DNA of 63,941 nt, filler included, from Octopus bimaculoides (GCF_001194135.2; 5 parts of 4 records of this genome joined end to end with filler, not necessarily neighbours in it), one strand, 5' to 3'; positions 11,441 to 24,394 are shown, counted from the first letter of the whole stretch. Numbers and translations: made by a program. The notes: generated from the letters alone by a model not told the origin.

Positions 11441-13425
11441 CCAGGATGAAATTTGGCCTTGATAAATGTGCAAAAGCTACCTTTATCAAAAGAAAAATGA
11501 CAGAAACATCTAATGTTAACCTTGACCAGCAGAATGTCATAAAAGATTTAGAACCAGTGGAGAGCTACAAATACCTCGGGGTATTTGAAGGGGGCGGAAT
11601 CAAACATTCAGTGATGAGGGAAAGGATCACAAGAGAATGTTATCACAGGGTGAGAGCAATACTAAAGACAGAGCTGAATGCGAGAAACAGGATCGAAGTG
11701 ATCAATACTTTAGCCATACCAGTCGTGACTTACAGTTTCAATATCGTTAACTGGTCAATTACTGAAATATGTAATGTTGACAGAAAGATACAAAAATTGT
11801 TGACAATGCATAGAATGCACCACCCTAAGGCAGATATAGAACGACTTTATCTGCCAAGAAAAGAGGGAGGCTGTGGACTTTTACAATTTGTATTACCAAT
11901 GAATATTGCCACAATTGGCGTAGACACCTACCTAAAAAACTCTGAGGACTGGATGTTAAAACTTGTCACAAAACATGAAAACAAAAAAACATCATACTCA
12001 GTAACAATACAGTCAAAGGAATATCTAAGTGAATTCCAAATACAACAAATTCCAGAATTTGATGTACTAGAAACAAGCAGAGAAAAAGCTAAGCGTATGA
12101 AAACCTGTGCTAAAACTGCTGCCTTAGATATTCTTACTGATAGATAAATGACAAGAAAAACCTCTCAATGGCAATTACCCAAAGAGAGCTAATAATGCTG
12201 ATGTTGACAAAACCCTTACCCATCAATGGTTAGAGTCTTCTGACTTAAAATCAGAAACAGAAGGGTTTATCATAGCAGCCCAAGATCAATGCCTACCTAC
12301 AAGGAGCTACCAGGCCAACATATCAGAGAATGACAGTAATCCGTCATGTATGTCAACAACAAAATGAAATCATTGTTCATGTTGTCTCTATGTGCAGTCT
12401 TCTTGTACCTACAGAGTATCTCAACAGGCATGATAGAACAGCACAGTATATTCACTGGGTAGTTTGCAAAAACCTGAACCTGCTGAAACTTGTGGGCTAG
12501 GTTACTTGATTCCATTGACCCTAGCACTGGACTAGTACTTTATTTTATCAACCATGAAAGGATGAAAGTTAAGGTTGACTTTGTTAAGATTTGATCTCAG
12601 AACATAAAGAACTAAGACAAAAGTTGTTCTAATATTCTTCAACATATTAAAGAACGGTAGCTGCCCAAGATATCGTGTGTGTCAACAACAAAATGAAACC
12701 ATTGATCATGTTGTCTCCATGTGCAGTCTTCTTGCGCTTACAGAGTATCTCAACAGGCATGATAGAGCTGCACAATATATTCACGGGTAATTTGCAAAAA
12801 CCTGCACCTGCCCCCATGATAAAAACTGGTGGGAACACAAACCACCTCTTGTGCTTAAAAATGATTACATCTCACTCCCCTGGAACTTCACCATTCAATC
12901 TGATAGAAAGATAGATGCAAATAGGCCAGACATATTGAAAGACTTCAGACAAAAATCATGCCTCCTCATTGATATGACAGTCCCAATCGATATAAGCGCA
13001 TGTCAAGACCTACCAAAAACTGAGCAAGTATAAAGATCTTGAAATAGAAATTGGCAAAATGTGGAACCTGAAGACTAAAACAATACCTGTTGACATAGGT
13101 GCCCTAGGAATGATATCAAAAGGGGCTGATTGCTACCTAGCTCAGATACCAGGAAACCTCAAAATGGCAGAAATTCAAAAGATAGTGCTCATGGGAACTG
13201 CTCATATCCTACATAAAATACTGACTATGTAATCTCAAATTTTAAAACAAACTCATAATTTTCTTTTGGTTTCTTAAACATTCTCTAGAAAAATACTATG
13301 TGCAAAACCAAATATATGACACCCTAGGCATAACACAAACATGAACTTCTAACTTGTTGCTTCTTGAAGTTTCTGGGTGAGATTTGGAGCCAACTTGTAC
13401 AAATGTAAATCAAAAGTCAAACATA
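11441..13425 (+). mobile_element. 5'-truncated R4/Dong-clade non-LTR retrotransposon with restriction-like endonuclease (pseudogenised)
   Basis: RT C-terminus MKFGLDKC...YKYLG...RLYLPRKEGGCGL, then SETEGFIIAAQDQ, a CCHC knuckle (C.VCQQQNE.I.HVVS.C), RLE motif RPDI...IDMTVP and KYKDL, a 3' UTR, and (TAA)n on both flanks. Confidence 0.9.
12488..12610 (-). mobile_element. SINE family B fragment inside the Dong-like LINE
   Basis: ctagtacttattttt...gaaaggatgaaagttaaggttgac...gatctcagaacataaag. Confidence 0.75.
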
Positions 13426-13445
13426 AAATAATAATAATAACTCTA

Positions 13446-13605
13446 TCTCTTATAGGCAAAAGGCCTGAAATTTTGGGGACCCTACAGTGGTCAACTGCTA
13501 CTTATTTTATTGACCCTGGAAGGATGAAAGGCAAGTTTAAACACAGAACATAAAGGTGGACAAAATGCCACTAAGTATTTTATCCGGCAAGCTAAGAATT
13601 CTTCC
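13446..13605 (-). mobile_element. SINE family B (internally deleted)
   Basis: Tail ggcaaaaggcctgaaattttgg and core gaaggatgaaaggcaag present. Confidence 0.8.
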
Positions 13606-13944
13606 TTCTTATTGATTTTTAAAAAGCTTCAACCTTTTTCTTATAAACCTGTTTTATAGATCATTGTCTGGAAATCTTTCGTCACACATCTCTGACCTCC
13701 TCAGTAACACTTTCCATCTTCGAGTTTACTCTTGCTCTGCTTATTCCATTCTGTTCTTCTATGATGTGTATCCTTATATCCTATGATGTGTTGTATCCTT
13801 ATATGTATATCCTTATATTTTATAGATACTTTCAATCTAATCATTCTGCACTCTCTACTGGATGATGATGTTGATGTTGATTATGATACTGATAAAAACT
13901 GACTTCATTACTTTAGAACTTTTATTTATTGCTATTTTCACTTG

Positions 13945-13954
13945 ATGATGACGC

Positions 13955-14002
<48 letters not shown>

Positions 14003-14006
14003 GGAT

Positions 14007-14038
<32 letters not shown>

Positions 14039-14090
14039 CGACGACGACGACGACGATGGTGATGATGATATCGACGACGATGACAAATGC
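13945..14090. repeat. (GAT)n/(GAC)n trinucleotide array
   Basis: Directly visible. Confidence 0.95.
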
Positions 14091-14179
14091 TGTGTATGAG
14101 CAATGGTAGCATTTAAGCTTGAACTGTAAAGTTAGCTCTTCCTCAGTGGCCGGAGAACTCATTCTGGTATACAATATAT

Positions 14180-14700
14180 CGAAAGCTTTCTCACTCTCTC
14201 TCTCTCTCTCTTTCTTTTTTCTCTCTCTCTCCCTCCCTCTTTCCTATTTACATCATTTAAGCCATATAGATATACAATACACTATGGTGGATGGATACTG
14301 TCTCTCTCTTCTATACATACTATCTCAATCATATAAATATTCACTGTTAGGATGCAATCTCTTTCTCTCACTCTCCTATGTATTCACAGCATTTCAGCCA
14401 CATAGATGTACAATACATTCTAGTAAAAGCTCTCTCTCTCACTCTCTCCTATTTATACCATTTAAGTTATATAGATATCCAAACATTATGGTTGCTAACT
14501 TCTCTCTCTACCTTACTCTTTCTCTTTCTCTACCCCGCTCTCTCTTCCTTTTTTTCTCTCCCTCTTTATACCATTAAGGTTATATAGATATATAACATAC
14601 TATCATGAAAGCTTTTTATTTCCTATATATACCATTTAAATCACGTGTATATACAATACTTTATTGTGGAAGCCCGTTCTCTCTCATTTATACCATATCA
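14180..14700. repeat. Degenerate minisatellite interleaved with (CT)n
   Basis: ctatttataccatttaag.tatatagatatacaatac recurs about 6-7 times. Confidence 0.7.
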
Positions 14701-14805
14701 TTGCAATTTTATCTATAGTAATTTGACATATTGCAGTATTTCAAATCAAATTCAGAATAATAGATAGATATGATGTCTAAAATATATATAACAGTCCTCA
14801 CTTAC

Positions 14806-14897
14806 CTTACATTTTTTTGTGGTTTTCTTAGATAATATTTTACCGTTATCTTTTTTTCAAAGATAAGATGGATTTTTTAAATTCCAAAATCTTGGAT
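14806..14897 (-). other. Candidate non-coding exon (92 nt)
   Basis: Minus-strand acceptor ctatttccatacctatatttcag| and donor AAG|gtaagt; stops in all three frames. Confidence 0.3.
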
Positions 14898-14999
14898 CTG
14901 AAATATAGGTATGGAAATAGCTATACTTTTCAACTGGTATTAGTTATTACACTTTGGTCATACTGGGGCAATACTTTGAAATGTGTAGTTAAATAAATT

Positions 15000-15388
15000 G
15001 GTTTCAAATTTGGCACAAAGCTAGCAAGTTAGGAAGAAGGGTTAAGTCAGTTATATATTGACCTCTGTAATCAAGTGGTACTCATTTTATCAACCCTGAA
15101 ACGATGGAAAGTAAAATCAACCTCAGAAAAATTTGAACTCAGAATGTAAAGATGGATGAAATGCCACTAAGCAGTTTGTCTGATGTGCTAATGATTCTGC
15201 CATCTCACAGCCTTGTGTGGTTGAGGGTATTGATTTCAATAACTTGACTGTGACTTATTTTTAAAAAATTACAAAGATAGAAGGTTTAATCAACCTGGGC
15301 ATGATTTGAACTCAGAATGAATAGTAATGAAAGCAATACTGCGTTGTATTTTGTTTGACATGCTATCATTTCTGCCACTACACTACCC
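15000..15388 (-). mobile_element. Two tandem SINE family B copies (diverged)
   Basis: Two family-B cores near 15090 and 15270, both CpG-depleted. Confidence 0.8.
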
Positions 15389-16235
15389 TTTCATTTGCAT
15401 GAATTAATTAGCTATGAGCATTTGTTTGTTGTCATGGTAAGGAGATAGTGTGAATATTGGAGGCCATCAAACAACAGATACAAGGTGAGTGAGTGGTAGT
15501 TGCAGAAGTAAAATGAAAATTAATAGAAAGAGGTGATGCTTATCATTGACCTAAGTGGTACAAGAAAAGAATGAAAAAGGCTGAGAAAAGTAAAATGAGA
15601 ATTGGTTGGAGTAAAAGGCTAGCTTTATATTTCTCTGAGCAGAATGTGAATTAGGAACAGCCTTGATATACTAATAAATAATGCTGGAAAACAAAGAAAT
15701 ATTTATGGAATTTGCAGTCTTATGATAAATACTGTGATAAAGAGCTTCTGTAATAATGATGATTACTTATAAATATTTCAACATTTCTGAATGATATTGT
15801 AATGTTTTTGTACATATAGTTCCTTAATTTTTAATTAGATATTTATAACTATTTATAAATTGTCCAGTGAAAAATATTTAAGTAGAAATATCTGTCACTT
15901 TAGTGGCAGAAGTGTCTATGTGTTTTTATTGCAATGTGATTTATTACTTTTGGTGGACAGCATACACTATCATTTACAATTATTGGTCTTGACCTTTAGG
16001 CCAAGATAAAAAATGTAATATTTCACTTTTGGATCCAAAGAGCAAAATCTTTAAGAAAGAAATTTATCAATGATTTGACTAGTCATTATATATGGATGTG
16101 CCATTTTCTATAATTGATAAAACCATCTTCATTTTTTATAGCCCAATGCAGGTCATACAGAGCTATTTGAATGGATGAAGATATGTTTTGTAGTATTGTT
16201 TTGGGGTTAGGTATTCTGTTGCTGATATTGGCATC

Positions 16236-16266
<31 letters not shown>

Positions 16267-16322
16267 CAGCAGCAGGAGTGGTAGTAGTAGTAGTAGTAGT
16301 AGTAGTAGCAGCAGGAGGAGTG

Positions 16323-16362
<40 letters not shown>

Positions 16363-16519
16363 CAGGAGTAGTAGTAGTAGTAGTTGTTGTTACTGTAGAA
16401 GGGTTTTATTTTCTTTTGGTTAGTGCTGCTGCTGCTGCTTTCACAACAGCTACAGATTTTTGCAGTCATTGTTGCTGCTGATCTTTTTTTTTATAAAGTT
16501 GTGGCATTGGTAACAGTGG

Positions 16520-16810
16520 TGTGTGTAGTAATGGTGGGGATGGGGGGGGGGTTCATTTGCCTTCTGCTTTGGGCAAAAACTCCTTAGATGGTTGGTCATG
16601 CCACAAATATGACACTTCGGCCTTTTTCTCTCTACTGTCACTATCAAACTGGTGGAATTTAACAGTTTGATTAGGTCAGAGATGTCTTCAAGCCCCGCTT
16701 GATTCATTTGAATTAACAACTCCATGCCTATACCCAGCCAGTTTCCTTGGAACATCTCCATGAATGCTTCATCTTTGTCATTGGGCAAGACAGCCATTAC
16801 CAGTCACCAG
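16520..16810 (-). mobile_element. Tx1/L1-like ORF1 fragment with gag-type zinc knuckle
   Basis: Translation LIVTVERKRPKCHICGMTNHLRSFCP gives CX2CX4HX4C. Confidence 0.7.
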
Positions 16811-17199
16811 ATATTATTTCTGTTGACACATATACCACCCTCACTTTCACAACACATTTACTAATATGACATGATCTGTGTGAACATCTTAATTTTAATT
16901 AAGGCTATGAAATGCTTCCCTATTTTGAATTCACACCAAAATTCGACAGCAATTGTGTCAAATTGTTTGCATCACATGGTAAAAGTCTTTTATTCCCCAT
17001 GGACTTCAGACACTCTTTTGCCTTCCTTTGGGCTTGGCTTTCAACACTCGGACTTTTATCACTGATGCAACAAGACAACATGCATTGATTTAATCAATAA
17101 TATAAATGGGTATCACATTTTTCAGTCCTTTTAAGGAATGATCTTCCTTCTTTAATTATTTCTTTCTGCAGATCAAGTCTTTCTGTCACTCAGGCTGTG

Positions 17200-17610
17200 T
17201 TCATAAAAGACATTGGTTATCCTCTTAGTTTGACTATTTGGTTATATTTTTTTATTGTCTGTGGTATCATCATGTTTCCAACAAAGAACTGCATGCACAC
17301 ATCAGCCTACAGTCTCTCACCTCATTGCTATCCATCACATGTACTACTGGTATGGACATGCCATCCATCTCCTGCTAGATTATGCAACCAGGGCTTTAAT
17401 CTCATTTGATACAACAGCTGTGAGCTGGAAGAGGCCTTGTAGCAGGCCCCGCACCAGATGGCTGGACATGATTAAGGAAGGTCTCCAGAAGCTCAACATC
17501 ACCTTGAAGGATGCAGAGGGGTTGATATGGGACCACCAATGATGGTGAGCACTGATGGATCTGGTTGGCCCTACACATGATGACATCTCTGGGACTGCTA
17601 ACCTGGGATG
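17200..17610 (+). mobile_element. RTE-clade LINE 3' fragment
   Basis: WYGH...WKRPCSRPRTRWLDMIKEGL...W is typical of the RTE RT C-terminus. Confidence 0.8.
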
Positions 17611-17624
17611 TAAAGTTAGGTAAA

Positions 17625-17862
17625 GTTATTTTCTTGAGTCATGCAGACTCATAAGGGCTAGTTTCCTGGTTTCCGTGGCATGTAAATTCCCCACCCGGAC
17701 AGGGTGCCAGTCCATCACAGGATTACTCGTGTTTGCCAGCTGAGTGAATTGGAGCAACGTGAAATGAAGTGTTTTGCTCAAGAACACAATGTGTTGACCA
17801 GTCCAGGAATCAAAACCACAATCTTGTGATCATGAGTCCAATACCCTAACCACTAAGCCACT
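17625..17862 (-). mobile_element. SINE family C
   Basis: Near full-length reverse-complement match to 42354-42600. Confidence 0.85.
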
Positions 17863-18439
17863 TTCTTCCACTTAACCTAGGATGACTTCATCCCCACCAA
17901 GCAAGGAGTTGCTATAGTTACTGCCTTCAACAATCAAGATTCTAAAGGCTGCAGTGGAAATGGCAGTTGTGAGGGTGTTAGTTGTTGATAAACAGACTGT
18001 TTTCTATTTGGTAGTTGTCTGTTGCTGTAGTGTAAACGGTGACGGTGTCAGTGGTAGTAAAGGTGTGCCATGGCTGCTGAACTTTACATTGACTTGGTGA
18101 TGGTCATGTCTTTGTTGTTGCATTGGTTGAGTGTGTTGTTGTTGTTACTACTGTCATTGTTACTGCTGCTTTTTGTCTGTGTTGTATGTTGATGTTGTAT
18201 GTTGTATTGTTGCTATGCTGGGTTCATAGCAGGAGTACAGTGAGCAGAAGCTGTGAGAAATTATGTTTGTAATAGCATACTCTCTGTATGCGATGCTGTA
18301 TTTTTATTTTAAAAGATGGCTAATTTTGAGACAAATCAACAAGTTTCACCCTAGAGTGTCAAAACAAGATGGAACAGACCAGTTCCATAGGTTCTTGGTC
18401 AATTTTAAACTAGACATTAAAATATTTTAAACATAAACT

Positions 18440-18870
18440 TTCTGTTGTTTGACCTTAACCAGTTGAGCATGTCCCTTAGTGGCTGACAGTATGTGCATCT
18501 TTGATCACAAGCAGAAGTAGTAGGGGAGCATCATGACCATGTGTTGAGAGAAATTCTTTCAGGTTTGGATAATTCACCTCTGGAAACATGGGTGTTTCAT
18601 TCAAAATCCTTAATCAACGTTTATTCAGGAACCTATTGAGCAGTATGGGCTACTCAACCTGAAGAAAATTCTAACTGGGCCCCACCTGCAAGGTCATGTG
18701 CTGTTTATCATGATATGCAATCACCATGTCACGCACATATGGTTGTGATGCATGTGCCTGGTGTACCTCTGTCAGACAGGTAGTCATGAAGGGTATACTG
18801 GGCTTCATATATTTTACCCCAGTGTCATTTTGATGGCATGCACTGCTCTCTCATTCAATAATAATAATGT
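18440..18870 (+). mobile_element. Non-LTR element 3' region ending in (AAT)n
   Basis: End ...ttttaccccagtgtcattttgatggcatgcactgctctctcattcaataataat is repeated inverted at 59250-59322. Confidence 0.65.
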
Positions 18871-19054
18871 CCTGTAGAGCTTCTACAGAAAGTTTGCCTC
18901 TTAGGGACAAGAAAGATTATCAGGAGGGTCTTAAGCACTTGAAAGACTATTGAAAGCTTGTGGATATTTAAGGTTACAGGTAATAAGCCATTACCCACAT
19001 AAATTCTACTAAGAATAAGACTGAACCTGGGACAGATCAGTAATAATTAATAGT

Positions 19055-19775
19055 AATAGTTTCTTTTATTAGCCACAAGGTCATCGATGAGGAGAACATC
19101 ACAAATCAGCTTTACTTAGAACTAAATGCATAAAATGTTGTCTATCTGAAGTGCATGTTGTGACTTGATAGACTGCACAAATCTCTGGTACACACAATAT
19201 CCTCAATCTACAACATCACAATATTTGATACCATGTGATGTCTTCAATAATAAAGCTTCTTTTATTTACCACAGGTTATCAGAGCGGGGTACATTAAAAG
19301 GACACTTACAATTTGTGTGTGGTGTTTTACATGAATAACGAGGGGAAGAAAAGGAGAGGAGAGGTAAATGAGGTAAAGATATACATAGAGTATGCAATGT
19401 GTAACCTCATCTATAATGCAGTCCTCCTGAAACAAGAGAATCTCTAACTACAGTCAATCAATTAGCCTCATAGATCCAGGGTCACCCTGAACACCAAGGG
19501 TACAACTGACCAACTGTTGTTCTCCAATCTACTAGTGCATGCTCAGAGTTGGTCTGTTCACCCTAATCATTTTTGCTGCATTCATCTACCTCATTGGGAG
19601 AGAGCACTTCCTTCTCCACCCTCAGTTTTCTTTTCAAGTTAAACTTAAAAAAAGTGGGAAATGACTTGACCAAAGAGGAAGTATCTGTTCTTAATCTGTT
19701 CAATCTCGTCTACCACACAAACCCTTTTTGCTATACTCACTAGACAGACTGCCTGCCAAGCCTTGTTTAAGGTGG
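19055..19775 (-). mobile_element. Two Tx1/L1-like LINE 3' ends
   Basis: Minus-strand FFKFNLKRKLRVEKEVLS...MNAAKMIRVNRPTLSMH, followed by UTRs ending (c)ctgtggtaaataaaagaag and ccttgtggctaataaaagaaac with TTA-like tails. Confidence 0.65.
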
Positions 19776-19924
19776 GTGGGGTGGGAGTGGAGTGATCCTT
19801 ACAATGGAGGATTCATCTTACATGTGACCACAGCTGTTTCACATAACTCCATGAGTGAACAATGCTTGAACACTGCAAAAGTGTATGCAGTATGATTTCA
19901 TCAGTAATTCTTCCTTATTTTGGC

Positions 19925-20542
19925 TCCAGGTGAGCAGTTTTGAGATAAAGGAACCAAGCTGACTATATTGACCCCAGTACTTTACTGATACCTTATTCAA
20001 TCAATCCTGAAAGGATGAAAGGCAAAGTTCACCTTCATAGGGTTTTGAACATTGAATGTAGAAAGTTGGGACAAATATCATATATAATAATTATAATAAT
20101 TTCAAATTTTGGCACAAGGCCAGAAATTTTGGGAGATGGTGCAAGTTGATTACATTAATCCCAGTGCTCAACTGGTACTTATTTTATTGATCCCAAAATG
20201 ATGAAAGGCAAAGTCGACCTCAGTGGAATTTGAACTTATAGCATGGAGATAGACAAAATGCCACTAAGCATTCTGTCTGGCATGCTAACGATTCTGCCAG
20301 CTTGTTGCTTTAATAATAATTCTAATAATGGTTTAAAATTTTGGCACAAAGCCAGAAATTTTGAGAAAGAGGGTAAGTTGATTACATTGATTCTAGTGCT
20401 CAACTGGTACTTATTTTATTAACCCCAAAAGGATGAAAGACAAAGTCGATCTCGGTGGAATTTGAACTCTGTACATAAAGACAGATGAAATGCGGCTAAA
20501 CTTTTTACCTGATGTGCTAGCAATTCCGCCAGCTCACTGCCT
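19925..20542 (-). mobile_element. Three tandem SINE family B copies separated by (TAA)n
   Basis: Cores near 20010, 20200 and 20430. Confidence 0.9.
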
Positions 20543-20565
20543 TAATAATAATGATGATGATCATA

Positions 20566-20597
<32 letters not shown>

Positions 20598-21553
20598 AAG
20601 GAAGATGATGTTTCTTTTACAAAATTTCATAATTTACTCTATGTAAACAGTGTCATCATTTGTGAGCTGTTTGAGTGAAGCATTACTGGACGACTTCAAT
20701 TTATACTACACAAGCAATTCTAAATGACCACTTAAATATAGAACCGAAAGTAAAACGAATTTGCAATTCAAAGAAGAAAGCTTTTCTCTCTCTCTCTCTG
20801 TGAAAGACTGCTATTATTATTGATTGGGCATAGAGATAGAGGCAGAAACTTCTCATCTTCTAATGGACCTCATTGCATGAAGTAGCTTTCATCTTGTATC
20901 AACTTTTATATTAATGCTATTGGCATTCTCCAATCAATCTGCCTGATTTATCAGAATCCATTCCTGCCTACTTACTGCAAAATGGATTACGGAATTAGTG
21001 CGACAAGAAGACATTTACCACTTATAGACAAGGTCAACTTTCATCCGTTCTTTGCTTCTACTTTTTGTTCTTCCTTTTCTGTATTTTCTTCTGTCATTCC
21101 TTCCTTTTTCTCTATTTTTGCATTTTGTTACTTTTTTTTTTATGCATTTATTTTTCTAGATTTACTTTACTTTTAAAACCTAGAATGTCATTGACTTCAA
21201 AAGGTGAATTGTAATGGAATATGATCACACGCACATGTACATACCTATATAAATATGTACATATTAGTAGTATGCATGTACCTCTGTTTATATGTGTGTG
21301 TATGTGTTATGCATGTGTATGTTATGTGTGTGTGTGTCGACACATATTTGTTTTTGGTTTAACAAACAAGGGAAAGTGTACACAACTATAGAGTGTATTT
21401 ATTTATATGAAGCTGGTGATTTACTCAGTGTTTTTTGCACAATGAATTCTTGAAGGATCACATCAAGCAGAAAAACCTTGAAAAACTGTGGAGTAAAAGA
21501 GTGAATCATCAACTTCGTCAAAGATCTATCAATCTGTCTGTCTGTCTGTCAGC

Positions 21554-21584
<31 letters not shown>

Positions 21585-21639
21585 TCTATCTAACTATCCA
21601 TCATCCATCCATCCATCTACCTGTTCCTCCATCTGTTTG

Positions 21640-21705
<66 letters not shown>

Positions 21706-22124
21706 AATCTATCCATCTATCTCCTTGTGTTTGTGAATGTGTGTGTGTGTGTGTGTGTNNNNNNNNNNNNNNNNNNNNNNNNNNNNNNNNNNNNNNNNNN
21801 NNNNNNNNNNNNNNNNNNNNNNNNNNNNNNNNNNNNNNNNNNNNNNNNNNNNNNNNNNNNNNNNNNNNNNNNNNNNNNNNNNNNNNNNNNNNNNNNNNNN
21901 NNNNNNNNNNNNNNNNNNNNNNNNNNNNNNNNNNNNNNNNNNNNNNNNNNNNNNNNNNNNNNNNNNNNNNNNNNNNNNNNNNNNNNNNNNNNNNNNNNNN
22001 NNNNNNNNNNNNNNNNNNNNNNNNNNNNNNNNNNNNNNNNNNNNNNNNNNNNNNNNNNNNNNNNNNNNNNNNNNNNNNNNNNNNNNNNNNNNNNNNNNNN
22101 NNNNNNNNNNNNNNNNNNNNNNNN

Positions 22125-22182
<58 letters not shown>

Positions 22183-22359
22183 GCACACACATTAATATGC
22201 ACCACAAGTTCATATGAAAGGTTCTCCGTTCTCTTATGGTAGCTATTGTAGTTTCTGTGTTCTAACACAATATCCACTTTTAAACAGGGATAAATACTAC
22301 CTTTTGGCATTAAAACTACTTATCATCATTATCATCATCATCATCATCACCATCATCAC

Positions 22360-22409
<50 letters not shown>

Positions 22410-23257
22410 CCACCACCACCACCACCTCCACTTGGTGGAATTTGAACACAGAATGTATAGGGAGAAGAAATGCTGCCAAGAATTTTGCTTAGCATGCTAA
22501 CTATTCTGCCAGCTCATTGTCTTATTCACAAACATAATAATGAAAAATTATGCATTCAAATATGTATTCATAATTAATACTGAAGTTCTTACTAATTTTT
22601 TGGTAAAGATTTCTTCTGCAGCAAAATAAATTTACCAAAAAGTGAATCTGATCTGTGAAAGGTTTAATAGTGAACCCCTTTCGTTTTCTCAGTATTTGAT
22701 TGCGACCTAAATGATAGAGCCCTCTCTGAAAAATACATACAAGTGTCTAGAGTTCTTTCTTTATTTCAAAAATTTATCTCTGGTGCTGATATCTTAATGA
22801 TCTGTATATTACTTAGATTATTTGCTGAATAAATTTCACTAATCAGATTACTTCCATTATAGGAACTGAAAGAATTCTATATCAATGCTTTCACTATGTG
22901 TCAAAATCATGGTAAAGTTATGGACAGGTTTATCACCTGTCAACACGATTTGGCATACATTTTCATTTTCAAGGCCTCATCAAAGTAAAGTGGTTTACCT
23001 TGTTAAAAGAAGTATTTTCCATTTCAAAATTGAAAGTATTTTTCTTTAAAAAGAATGTGAAAATGTTTTCCTTTCAAAAACAAAGTGAACACTTTTTACT
23101 CTGGGCAAAAAGTAAGCTTTTTTTTTTTTAATTCAAATGATAAAACAAATCTAATATCTTTGAATAATTGTTCAGATCTTTTAAATCCATTAAATAAAAG
23201 TCTCACTGTAGGTGATGAGCACCAATGTCTAATGTATTTCTTCTTTTGCATGATTAC

Positions 23258-23645
23258 ACATCAACATGGCAGTTACTCGATAAAATCTAGTGCATAATTA
23301 ACTGTTAGGTGTCAAAAACAAATTGCATGTGTAGATATGTTTAATTATGTATGTTTGTTACTATGTTATCCCACACACATATGCTCACATCATATTCCCT
23401 AGCTATAGAGCAGTTTATATGATGCTTGTGTACAAAGTGCAATGCTTCATAGTGAAACTAGAGCTTTAAAAGCAGAAGATGTGTAAATGCTGAAAAGTCA
23501 TGATCTAAGCATGGTCCACTGGGTGTGTGATATTAGTATGCTAGAATGAGGGACTAAAAATGAGATGACAGTAGCCGTGGATACGATTCCACACCAGCAT
23601 GGCAGTTGCTTAATAAAATCTAGTGCATAATTAACTGTTAGGTGT
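23258..23645. repeat. ~333-bp unit bounded by ~55-bp direct repeats
   Basis: catggcagtt...ataaaatctagtgcataattaactgttaggtgt occurs at about 23260-23312 and 23592-23645. Confidence 0.8.
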
Positions 23646-24004
23646 TGTAAGCAAATTTCATTGACATTAATATATGAGCGCTCAGAGATAGCTAACAACT
23701 GTTATTCTCTATATTTAACTGGTTTGAAGTTGTTAGTCACCTACTACATCCAGGCAGTACCTTTTAGAATCAACTTTAAAATCTCCCACAACACACTGTG
23801 GTTTCCAAATAAGTACACATTGTATTTATATCGAATTAATGTATTCTCAAAAGGGGTCTGTTTGCAATGAAAAATTCTTCCAACAAACTCCTTTAATATA
23901 TTTGCTTAATATTGGTGGTAGCTACATTTTGTACTGGTATGGACCAGATTCATCCAGAGAATCATGAAGATGACCAAGATTTTTTAAAATATACATACAG
24001 GTGC

Positions 24005-24394
24005 AGGTGCGGCTGTGTGGTAAGAAGCTTGCTTCTCAACCACATGGTTCAGGGTTCAGTCTCACTGTGTGGCACCTTAGGCAAGTGTCTTCTACAAAAA
24101 ACCTTGGCCAACCAAAACCTTGTGAGTAGATATGGTAGATGGAAACTGAAAGAAGCCTGTTATATATGTGCATTTGTGCCTTTGTGTTTGAGTTTATTCC
24201 ACACCACTGCTTGACAGCCAGTGCTGGTGTGTTTACATCCCTACAGCTTAGTGGCTCGGCCCAAGAGACCAACAGAATAAGTACCTAGATTAAGAAAAAC
24301 AATAAGTACTGGGATCAATTCATTTGACTAAAAATTCTTCAAGGCAGTGCTCCAGTATGGCCACAGTCTATTGACTGAAACAACAAAATGATAA
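24005..24394 (+). mobile_element. SINE family A, full length
   Basis: Head, body and 3' end gtgctccagtatggccacagtc...gactgaaacaac all present. Confidence 0.9.

Noticed and set aside
13938-14174. KCYHCSYTA as a C2H2 zinc-finger start
   Set aside because: No downstream His pair; the frame runs into a trinucleotide repeat.
22897-22955. Two-tier hairpin ending in ACA, as a possible H/ACA snoRNA or SECIS
   Set aside because: No convincing second hairpin with H box and no SECIS quartet; could arise by chance in AT-rich DNA.
24005-24080. SINE heads (families A, B, C) as genuine tRNA genes
   Set aside because: A/B-box-like motifs are present, but they continue into SINE bodies and do not form a convincing cloverleaf.
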